Source: Harriotta raleighana (lineage: Eukaryota). Taken from it: a DNA stretch of 64,000 bases. The notes below the pieces were generated by a model, which was not told the DNA's origin, searched no databases, and saw nothing but the letters and a program-made list of their open reading frames with translations. The stretch lies in NCBI GenBank assembly GCA_050575255.1, contig JBNZDD010013702.1, forward strand, positions 3,902,048 through 3,966,047. Reading direction: 5' to 3'. Shown here one piece after another: positions 32,479 to 44,000 of the stretch (positions within the stretch are counted from its first letter, which is position 1; the number at the start of each line of letters is the position of its first letter). The position numbers and the translations under genes are program-made.

Positions 32479-32650
32479 TAAACGCGTCAACACTATTTGC
32501 CGGATAACTTCCGGTTAATCGAATCGGGACTTTTTTTTTGAGGGCGTGTTTGAACGGGTTTTCCGGTTCATCGAGTCACGAATAAATGACGTTTTACTGA
32601 ATTCAATGTTCAAATGTAACCATTGGAAACATCGAGTGATCTACATGTGC
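32400..32650. promoter_or_regulatory. CpG-dense promoter-like patch
   Basis: About 17 CpG in 250 bp of AT-rich DNA; ACTTCCGG and TTCCGG (ETS), GGGCGTG, TGACGT, ATTGG. Confidence 0.5.
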
Positions 32651-33009
32651 GTCTTTAAGGATCCCAAAGAGTTAAACAGGAGTGATGATCACCAGGTACT
32701 GACACGAGCGTTGCACTTGAGGTCACTGGCTTCAGCAACTGATGCCCGTAATTCATGTGTGATCCAGTAACTGTTTGTACACTTAGGAAATATTGGACAG
32801 CTCACTGCAATGAGAGAATGAGAGTCCACCTGGCTGAGACCACATGTTGATAGTTCCTTTGAACCTGCCTCCCACTCCCCTCTCATTACCACTATACCCC
32901 ATATGAAACCAATCACCTGCTCCCTCCACTCCATCCCTACCCCTTTCCTCAGCTCTACCTCCTTTTCCCTCTACTCAGACATCCCCGTTCTCCATCCATT
33001 GATACACAC

Positions 33010-33760
33010 TCCCCCTCACTGAGCCAGTCCGGAACCTTAGTGTTCAATCTCAACTATCTTTAGTCCACATCCGTGCCATGACCTACTCTGCCTTCCCTCT
33101 CCTCCACAACATTACCCGGGTCCACCATTGTCTCACATCACAGGTACTAAAACTCATGTGCATTCATAGCATCCAGGCTCGACTATGCCAACTCCTTGCT
33201 TGTTGGCCTCCCCAACTCCTCCCTCCACAGGCCGCTGGTCACCCAGAACTCTGCTGGCCAAGTCCTCTCCTGCACGAGGCTCCGTGACCCTATCACCCCA
33301 TCCTCGTTCGACTCCACCCCATCACACAGAGGATACAGTTCAAGTTCTGGTCCTCACCTTCAAAGCCCTCTATGGCCTCACGCCTCACTCGCCCCTACCT
33401 GCCCCATGACTTCCTACCATCCTGTCCTCTCCCTCTGCTCAGCAACCTTCAGCCTGCTCCACGTCCTCCGCCTGCGTCACTTCCTCATCCATTGCTGGGT
33501 GAGGCTGGGTCAGCCACTCTGCTCCCACCCTTTGAATGCCATCCTGCAGTCCCCCCGCCTCACCCCATCTCCTGCCTTGTTCAAGTCCCACCTCAAAAGC
33601 CTCCTTTTCTACCTTGCTTTCAATCAGCCTGCTTCCTCCACTGCCCTCCACCCTTCTGAATCCCTAACCCCTGCTTGGGTCCAAAATACTGTCTCTCCAG
33701 CATATTGGGACGTCCTGCCAATGTGAAAGGTGTTATATACCCATGTAATTATATTGCCAT
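33010..33760 (+). mobile_element. L2-clade LINE, decayed ORF2 C-terminus and 3'UTR
   Basis: SRLDYANSLLVGLPNSSLH...QNSA...VLVLTFKALYGLTP...FKSHLKSLLF with frameshifts. Confidence 0.85.
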
Positions 33761-34111
33761 TGTGGTTTCAGACCTCTTTGAGCCTCAGAGTAACATTGAT
33801 TCAACTGTATAGGACTTTCTTTGAGTGAGTGAAGAGATACAATATTTAGTCACCCAGGGAACCTTCTCTGACTGGCTCTCAATTCAGTCCAGGAGGGGGC
33901 GAGAACATGGCACACCAAGTTAGCTGTCTGCTCACGTGTAATGATCACTAAGATTATGTTGATCCTGAAAGGAACATACTCTGTTGTTTTGGAAATCCAC
34001 TAGGTGCTTTTGTGTACATTCCCTTCCTGACAAATGTCTTGCTTTAAATGCTGTAATTGCACGAAACAGGAATCTCTATGGTCCAGGTAAGCCTGACGGT
34101 GGATCGGGCTT

Positions 34112-34207
34112 TTATTTCTCACCGCAGTCCTCACCTACTCGTGGCTGACGGGTCTCGGTGACGCCTCCTCTTCTGAGCGGGGATCGAAATATTCCATTCA
34201 GCGGAGA
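34112..34207 (-). CDS. CNTRL: Candidate CNTRL terminal exon (SPLNGIFRSPLRRGGVTETRQPRVGEDCGEK*)
   Basis: Pyrimidine tract+TAG acceptor at 34209-34208; open in phase 0; TAA overlaps AATAAA. Confidence 0.4.
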   Translation of the reverse strand, partial: SPLNGIFRSPLRRGGVTETRQPRVGEDCGEK

Positions 34208-34812
34208 CTAAACAGGAGAAAGGAGGTCAGTCGTCATGTGGATTGACAAGCAATTGCTGCTGTGGTACAGGCCATTTATTTAGCTTTGGGATGTCCTCCA
34301 GACGAGACAAGCACAGTGTCAAATGCCAGAACTGCGCTAATGGATGCTTGGTTGCAGGACTCGGATATTTTCTCATACATTCAAAATGCTTTCTTTTCAT
34401 AAGAAAAGTTTTACTGAAGGCTTCCGATCAAAGACACGATTCTCACACTGCTCGTTTGATAGAATTGAAAGGCTTTACTGCTCTGGATCAATCTGTTACA
34501 CAAAAAGATCACATTTTCAAAGCATTCATTGAGCTGTGATCTCACTCACTCGCTGAGCACCCAGTGCCCCAGGTCCAGCCAGGTTAGTTAATAACTCACC
34601 CGGAGGCTACATGAATCTGCAGAAGTGAAAGGACAAGTGTTCTGTTATTTTTTCAATGATGCAAGTTTACGGGATGGTCGAATATTTAAACAAACAATCA
34701 AAATGCTTTGAAATTATGCTCTTTGCAGTTTACCAATGACCCTGAATATGGTAAGGCAGCCAGTACATAGGACAGGGCTACAGGTGAGGCCTTGGGGTTT
34801 CACAGTGAAGGA

Positions 34813-35061
34813 CTATGTAAAAATGCTCAGCGCATCGCTTTGCCGTAGAACAGGACAGTCAGTCAGGCTCTGTACACCCACCCTGCTCGCTCTGTCATTA
34901 GCTGTGACCTGGATCTGGGGAAGGGAGTCAGTGGATGTGCTGCCCACAAGCTCGTCCAGGGCATCCACGCGTTTCCTCAGGCTGCTCAGGCTGCCCTCTG
35001 TCTGCTGCCTCCCCTTACACAGGGCCTCCGCCTGCTTGGACATACTCTGCCGGATCTGAGC
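34813..35061 (-). CDS. CNTRL: CNTRL exon AQIRQSMSKQAEAL... (reads to TAG at 34813, or ends at 34882 via AGG|GTGGGT)
   Basis: Acceptor TTTTAG at 35062; matches centriolin C-terminus; 3' end ambiguous. Confidence 0.85.
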   Translation of the reverse strand, partial: AQIRQSMSKQAEALCKGRQQTEGSLSSLRKRVDALDELVGSTSTDSLPQIQVTANDRASRVGVQSLTDCPVLRQSDALSIFT

Positions 35062-38000
35062 CTAAAACAAGTGAAGTACACCATCAGGAGTGAAAGCGCA
35101 GGTTGGAAAAGGCATTCTCGCATTGGAGGTGAAATCCAGCGCTTCTAAATAGGATTGTTTTTCTAAAGGACCACCCTGCAATTTAAGGCCTTCCTAAGAA
35201 TCCTATTTGAAGTCACAGTAAGGCTGTGTCTATTGCAATTGTTTTACTCCCTTTTAATAATAACAACACAAGAATATCTACAAATTACATTCTCATAGCG
35301 CTTTTCATGTCGGGAGGTTGTCCCAAGCTGCTGGACAGTCAAAGATTTGCATCTGAGCTCGGGGTTGGGAATCAGGAGGGGTGGAAAGCAGGGGAGTGAC
35401 CAAAGGCTCACTGTAGTTGTACAGGTTAAAGGGCTGGCATCAGATTCATATTAAAATCTACTCTTTAGTTGCAGCTCGTTGCCTTTCTGTTTCTGTGATC
35501 AGAAGCGAATGACAACAGGTCAACAAACACAGGCAGGTTAGGCTATTTACCCACGGAGGCAACTTGTTTTAAATTCATGGTGATTGACAAATGAATTAAG
35601 ACTTGACCAGTCTGTAAACCTACTCATTGGTGGTGGGACTGACTGACTCCCTATCTGTGTTTGGGCTAACATCACAGGGATAAACCATCTTCAAAGTACA
35701 TTTTAGTTTCTAATAGTTTGATAATGACTGACCGGAACCCTTGCCTGTGACCAGAGTAAACCCCTCGTGGCTCACCTTCAGGTGATCTTCCTGCTGTAGC
35801 AGCCTCTCCCTGAGCGTCTCCCCTCGCCACTGCTCATCCTGGAACAGAAAGAGGAATCGTCAGCCCAAAGCAAACGCGGGTACTCTCCCATCTTTCGCCT
35901 ACAAAATATACAGTCACTCTGCTTTACAGTACATTTTATGAAACGCTGAGATGTCTCAAAGATGTGATAAGGGGCTACATCACATACAAGGATTATTATT
36001 ATCATCATCAGATAGTGACCTTGCAAGTTGGGGCTTAGTGCTCTCGGCAATGTGTCAGTCATCATGACCAAAGACCTTCCCCTTCGACTTCCACACCCCA
36101 CCCCCCATCTCGGCCAATCTTAAGCGTGAAGGAAGGTTTGCAATATAAACGCAAGTTGTTGTAGTTGTAATGGAGCGGAGACCTGACCTTGATGCTGAAC
36201 TTGCTGAGGCTCAGCCTCTCCTCGTAGGTTGGATGTCGACCTTCGTTGGCAGCGAAGGGGAAATTCTCCTTCAAGCTCTCCACATCGGACTCCAGCGCTG
36301 CCTTCTCCTTGCTGATAGCCTCGGCATCGCTCCCGAGCTCCCCGCAGGAGTGGTCCAGCTCCTTCAGCCCGCTGCTCATCTCTGCTTTGACATCTGAACG
36401 AAGGCCTCTTATGCCCTCCTTTATCTCCCTCTGTCTGTGCTCCATTTCCTGACGACTTGCCAGCTAGAAGGATTGAAAGTACATTATGAGGCTAACAACG
36501 ACAACAACAAATTACATTTACGCAGCCCCTTTCACGTGAGGAGGATTCCCACCCGAGCTGGTGGTTGGGAATCAGGAGGGGTGGAGGGTGTGAGCATAAC
36601 AAATAAGGTACTATTCTCATACCAGAACAGCCCGTGAGCGAGGTAAAGCACTGACAGATATTTTACAATTCAATTATTACTAGTGCTGCAAACTATTCTT
36701 CAGCTGATGAAACTTACAGAGCTCTATAAATACATTATATATATATTTTTTTAAATGACAAATTACTTTCAGGTGCAGCGAGGCAGCAGCATAAAGAGGC
36801 AAACACAATGTCACAAATTCAGTGACCACTGAAGGCTGCTAACAAGTTTTTGCCTTGGGACATTCACATATACATGCAAATAAATCCACTTTACAATATA
36901 TATGCTGTGTAGTGCTTAGACGCCTCAATGACGTGAAAAAGCGCTATATCAAACGCAAAGATTTCCCGCTTTCCTTTAAAACGTAACGGCCGCAGGCAGA
37001 GTAAAAACACCAGATTAAACACACGGTATTGATGGGTTAGTTAGTGAGTGTAAACCAGTCCGAGCCTTGCTCAGCTCTGAGGAGCCACAGACCTGCTTCT
37101 GCAACTTTATGTATTCGGCTTCCTTCTGGTTCAGCTCCTTAATGGCCCACTTTGACCGTTCGTGGTTCTCACGTGCAGCCCGGTCGATTGCGGACATGTC
37201 TTTCCGGAGACGGCTGTTTTCATATTTCTGTTCCTGTGGTGATACAAAGCCAGAGGTTTACCACCCGCCCTAGGTTGGAGGGGCGCTAACTCATGGCATT
37301 TCTTAATAAGTTTCTTAAAATTCGAATATGTAATCATTGACTGTTTGTGGGACACCACTGTGTTTGTGGGACACTGCTGTGTTTAGCTCACAAAAATAAT
37401 TCAGAGTGCATTGACAGCAACAACAACAACAACAAAATTATACTTATAGAGCACCTTTCACGTCGGGAGGACGTCCCAAGGCACTGAACAGTTAGGACGG
37501 GGCTCGAGCAGGGAAGGGGTCAAGGATAGTGGGGGGCGGTCTAGACATCTCAAAGCGCTTCACAGTGAATTGACTGTATATTTTAGGTGAAATGTGGCAG
37601 CCAATTGATCACAGCAGTATCCCACAAACAGTATATCTTGCGCTGTGTTCATGTAACGCGTTGCTGTTGGAAAGTTTACATTCAGGGCTCTCTCTAGCTG
37701 CGTTCTCTGAGCTTTCAGCTCCTCCTTCAACACTGACGCTCGCTTCTCAGCTACTCTCCTCTCGGAGTGAAGCTGCCCCTCGAGCTGACTCAGGCTCTCT
37801 GTGTTCATCTCCATCTCTCTGTAAAGACGGGCCAACTCCTCGCTCTTCTCCTCCAGCTGCTGCTCTTGTTCCTGGAGCTCCTGCCCTGTATCGGTACAGA
37901 GATCCAGGGTAAATAATAACATATAATAATCCTGGCATTTGATGCAGCGCCTTATCGTGTCATTGAAATGTCTCAAAGTCTTCACAGCTACAGGACTTTG

Positions 38001-41000
38001 CAGTGTAATAATCCTTGAATTTGATATAGTGCTTTTCGCACCTTGTCGACGTCTCAAAGCGCTTTACAAAATATACAGTAAAGTGACTTGACTGTATATT
38101 TGTGGGTGAAACGCGGCAGTCAATTGCGCATAGCAGCGTCCCCCACAAACAGTCGTGGATTGAAATGACCAATTTTCTTTTTTTTGGGGGAGGATTATTA
38201 GGCATGTGGAGTAAGGAAACTTGCCCAAGGTTTCACTCTGATGTGCCTGGATTTGAACATAGGTCTCATAGGTAAGCCGAGTGCTCTAACCACCGAGCTA
38301 CTCAAGCTCATAAGAGCACGGGAGGAAGCCATTTGCTCAGCCCATTGTGCCCTGTACTGGTGTGACTCACTGCAAGCGGCAAGCTGGTCCTCCAGGCTCT
38401 CCTGTTGCTCCAGGTTCTGATGCAGTTTGCGACCTCGTTCCTCCAGTGAGCTGACCTTCCCAGCGACCTCCTCCATCTCGTCCCTCCTGTCGGCGAGCTC
38501 CGCCTCCAGTGCCAGCAGCTGGCCCTTCACTTTAGCCACTGACTGTTCCACCTTCGACTCCTCGCATTTAACGTCCTTTTTCACCTGCAGCAAGACCTGA
38601 GGAAAGTCAGGGGAAACCCAGTAAGAGTCCTGTGGTGTATTGGTTAGCATGCTCACTTCGCAAGCGAGAGGACCCGGGTTTGATTCCCAGGTGGGACAAA
38701 ATTTCAGACCAATTTCCATACTCCACACAGCAAAAATAAAATGGTAATAATAATCATTGTATTTGATACAGCGCTTTCCACGACTTCTAGACATCTCAAA
38801 GCGCTTCACAGAATACACAGTAAAGGGAATTGACTGTATATTTCTGTGTGAAATGCGGAAGCCAATTGCGCACAGCAGTGTCCCGCAAACAGTCATGGAT
38901 TGAAATGACCAATTTATTATTGTTTTTTTCGAGGATTTAATATTAGGCGTGTGGGGTAAGGAAACTTGCCCAAGCTTTTGCCCTGCCTGGAATTGAACCC
39001 AGGTCTCTCACTTGTAAGGCGAGTTCTCTAACTTATCTAGCAGTAAATAAGAACTCTGTTGTGAGTCGATTGGTAAGGGAACCCTTTTTTAAAAATATGT
39101 TTGTATCTGCTTCAAAATCCCCCCCAAAATTGGTCACTGAATCCACAACTGTTTGTGGGTCACTGTTATGTGAAATCGGCTGCACCTAACCCTCACAAAA
39201 TATACAATCAATTTACTTCACTGTATATTCTGTGAAGCGCCTTGAGACGTCTCAATGAAGTGATAAGGCATTCTATCAAATGCAAGAATGATTATTGTTA
39301 CTATAGTAATTAGAATAACATGCAGCGATTTCTAACGGGACTGTGGGAATTGATTCCAGTAACGGGGACATTAGCGTTGGGGATTGAAGCTCTCTAGAAT
39401 GCTACCCCATGTGAAAGGTGCTGTATAATTCAAATTGTTGTTGCTGTTGAACGGTGATGTGCAGTGACATTGTGAGGTGCCTTACCTGTTGCTGCTCCTC
39501 TATGTGCTGCAGTAGCTGTGCCATCTCCTCCTCCCTCCTCGCCCCGCGCTCCAGGCAGGCCTGGTACTTCCTTTTGCTGCGGTTTAGCTCCTCCTTCAGT
39601 GTTAGCTGCTCTGACAGCAGCACGTCACGCTTCTCAGCAACATCGACAATCTCCTGGTGGGGAATGAATGACAGGGAGTTACCCCTCACACATAGGAATT
39701 AGTCCTGATTGCTGCATTGGAATCTGACAGTTCATTCAATATTTGCTGTCTTTCCTTGCATCTCTGACTGAAATAAAACAACAAATCACAGATATGCATT
39801 GCCTTTCATGTCGGGAGGACGTCCCAAGGCGCTGGACAGTAAAGGATTTGCAACTGAGCAGGGGTTTGGGATCAGGAGGGATGGAGGCAGGAAGGGTAAG
39901 AGGATGATTGAAGACACAGCCGAAGAGGAGGGTCTTGAGTTGGGCCTTGAAGGAAGCAAGGGAAGGAAGACAGGCAGAGGGACTGTGGGATGGAACTAAA
40001 GTTTATGTTTAACTGAAACACATTACTACACAGTTAACATTTTCTATACCTCATGTTAAATCGATGCACATTTAATCTCTTCCCCAATGACCTGCCTTTA
40101 TTCCAAGATCAGAACAGCTTTGTAAACTGTGAAACACTTTCACTTCCCCATGAGAGCCAGTGCTGACATCCCCAGAGCCACATTAATCCCTGAATTTGCA
40201 TTTGGTTATCGCCATTCCTCAGATTTAACAAGGCAAGTTTCACTCTAACTCTGTCAGGCTGGGCTGGATTTGAACCCAGCTGCTGCTACAAATAATAATC
40301 TTGCATTTGATATTGTGTCATCACGTCATCTGGATGTTTCAAAGCAGTCACACAATATACTGTACTGTGAATTGACTGTATATTTTGTAGGTGATAGGTG
40401 AAAGGACAGTATGTGACACAACAACAAATTACATATGCATAGCGCCTTTCAGGTCGGGAAGATGTCACAACATTTTAGAATAAAGTGATATCAATCTGTG
40501 TTATGCAGGCAGTTCTTAGTCCTGAAGTACAGAGCAATAACCAGGGAAGTAACCAAGTAACTACAATACAACAATAATAGCTCGGAGTGTAACTAAGCAC
40601 AAGCCCACAAAATAAACAGTCAATCCACTTTACAGTATATTCTGTGAAGACTTGCTTTGAGACGTCTCAATGACCCGATACAGCGCTCTATCAAATGCAA
40701 GGATTATTATTATATTCTAGAAAATAAAGCAAGTTTGAGATGGAAATACACGTTACCTGGTTCATTTGATGCAATTGATCCTTGGAATCTCCCAGATCAT
40801 CTGTCACGGACTTCAGTGCTGTCTTGTCCTCTACCCAATGAAACATTTAATTGATGGTAAATGAAAAAATCTTTCTGCTTTCATGTCTCTCTCGCTCTTT
40901 GAGAAAAATAACTAAATCCACAAAAGATCAAACAAAAGATTCCACCCTCCATACCCCAGATGCAGTGCTTTCTTTAGCAAAGTTCATAACATTCAGCGTC

Positions 41001-44000
41001 TAGTTTCTATCAAAGTGACAGAACCACAATGTTGTTGGATTGATTCAAATTGTTAGGATTAGAGGTAGATGCTTGTTAGGTAAAGGATATAATATAATAA
41101 AACTATTAATATCAAAGGATAAAGGTGGGTTAATGGAGTTGAGGTACAGATCAGACTTGATCTAATAATAACAGTAATCCTTGCATTTAATATAGCACCT
41201 CATCACGTCGTTGAGACGTCTGAGCTTCATGGAATATACTGTAAAATGAATTGACTGTATATTTTGTGGGCGAAACTTAGCAACCAACTGACGCAGAAAA
41301 ATGTCCGTGAACAGTCGTGGAATGAGAGAACAAATTATTATTGTATTTTTAATATTTTTGAAGGGATGGTGAATAGAATGTATAGAATGGAGTAACAGGC
41401 TTGAGGGGCTGAATGGCACTACCACTGTACTTATGACCTAAATGTGACTGACTCCGGTCCCTTGTGTGATTACCCTCCTACCTTGCAGACGCTGTCTAAA
41501 GGCCGCTGTCTCTGTGGTCAGCTCCAGCTTGTGCACGTTGGCCTGACTGATCTCCTCCTGTAGTTTCTGCAGCTCAGACAAGGCACTTCTGTGACTGTCT
41601 TCAATACTTGCCACCGCTCTGCAATGATCATTAGCCCACAGATAACAACAAACAACAACAACAACTCCCGAGCTAACAAGCCGCCACAAGCTATGTCAGG
41701 TCTTCGAAACCTGAAACTCTAAAAATCTTTCTGTAAAAATACTGGAGCTGGAAAGCAGTGGGTTTACAGGCGAGGTTTATATTTGTTTCAAATCAGTCTT
41801 AAGTTATGACATTTTCGCACTGGATGGGAAGAATCTCTTTACTACAATAACAACAACTACTTACATTTATATGAGGCCCTTCTCGAGGTGTGTGTTAATA
41901 TTGGACACGAGTCGCCCAGATAACCCATTCCCCCTCCCTGTGAACTTTGCATCGATTTTCTGTTTTCCAACAATCTATCGAATTCCCCTTTTAGAAGGTT
42001 TGACAAGTCTCAGCCCAGAACAGCCCAGAAACCCAGCAACCTTTCCACAGTCTTGGGACATCCTTTATGTGAAAGGCGCTATCCCCAAATGTAATCTCTT
42101 ATTGTTGTTGTTGGTTCTAGATGTAGAAATAGTCCACAAAATATACGATCGATTCACTATAGTGTCTCAAGAACGTGATCAGGCGCAGCTATGAACTGCA
42201 AGGATTATTATTATTATAACCGCTTACATCTTGCTCTGAGAGAGTCTGTCATCCAGCCCCCGACAGCTCTCCCCAACGTGTTTCTTCTCCTTCCGCAGGG
42301 ATTCAATACTGTCCCGAAGGGAACGCAGCTCAGATGCCAGTTGCTCGCTCTCGTGCTGATCTCTCTCTGTCATTTGCTTCTGCCGTTCAGCTTCTGCGCG
42401 GTGACGTTGGGAGGCAAACTGCATGTTTTCCAATTTCTCCGTCTCCTGTAAAGGTAAATGGTGTTCACTGAGCATTCAACAACAACCACAAAATTATACT
42501 TGTATAGTGCCTTTCACGTCAGTAGGACGTCCCAAGGCCCTGGATTCATTGCTGAACTGCCACAGAACCAGGGTAGAAAAGCCATACACTCTTGTTTCAA
42601 GGAAAAGAAGGTACCAATTTATGTCACAAGTACTTAACGTATGTCACAGAAACTGGCCACTCAGCCCATCAACTCTGCACTGGTTGTTTTCTCCACATGA
42701 GCCACTCAAATCTAACTCCAAGATCCTGCTCCCTCCCCACACTCCTCACGATAACAACCACAAATTATATTTAAGAGCATGTCCCAAGGCAATAGACGGT
42801 CAAGGATTGGACCCGAGCTGGGGGTTGGGATCAGGAGAAGATAGGTGGAGGGCAGGAGTAGGAGAGTGAACAGTGCAGGCATAGAGGAGGGTCTTAAGAC
42901 GGGCCTTGAAGGAGGCAAGGGAGGGGGCGAGATGGGAGGAGTTCCAGAAGGTGGGGGAGGAAAGGCTGAAAGTCTGGCAGCCAATAGTGGGCCGGCCAAG
43001 GGGGATGTGGAGCAATCTGGAGGGTGCTGAGCAGAGGAGCGGACAGGTGTTTTTAGAGTTAGCAGGTCGCAGAGATAGGGAGGAGCAACATTAATTTATT
43101 TCAAGGCATCTTCTCGTTCACCATACATTTTACACTTGCTTTGTTGTTCTCACAAACTGTGTGAGGTCTCAACCCTTAAAGCCTTAAACCCACAACCTTC
43201 AGCTGATCCCTGTAGTGCCAGGCAGCCCATCACCATGAGCAGTATTTTTGCTAACTCCACTGAACACAAGCTTAGGATGGCCCACGCACCTTCAGCAGCT
43301 CGCCCTGTAGCCTCTCAAGCTCGTTCAGTTTGTGTTCGTGCTGCAGCTTCAGCCCCTGGACCTCACTGGTTTCCAACTCCACCATCTCCAGCATATGTTT
43401 TAGTTCTGGGACAAAAGGCAGACTTTAAAACACATCAAAACACAGAAACGCCGACAACAGCTCTGACAGTTGCACAACAAGAACCAATTAGATATACAAC
43501 AATAATAACTTCCATTTATATAGCGCCCTCCATGCCAGGCAGTGTCTCAGTGCGCTTCACAATGGGGGGCGTCTGAGCCAGGGGGAGGGGGAAGCTGACC
43601 GTAAGTGCGGGTCGGTCAAAAAGAAAGGTCTTCAGGTGCGACCTGAAGATGGGAAAGGAGGGGGTGAGGCGAAGGGGTTGAGGAAGGAAGTTCCAAAGTT
43701 TCGGGGTACAGTGGCTGAAAGTACATTTACATATAGCGGGAGAACGTGCCAAGGCACTGGACAGTCAGGGATCCACACCCGAGCAGGGGGTTGAGGACAG
43801 GAGGGGAGAAGGGCAGCATGGTCAGAGGTACGAGGGCAGCATGGTCAGAGGTACGAGGGCAACTGTAACTTGTGAAGCATCCTCCTTTGAGACATCCTCC
43901 TGACATGAACAACAACAAGATTACATTTATAGAGCGCATTTCACATCGGGAGGAACGGCACTTTGTCAAATAATAATAATAATAATCCTTGCATTTGATA

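Noticed and set aside
38198-38896. 232-aa ORF
   Set aside because: One real CNTRL exon read through into flanking SINEs
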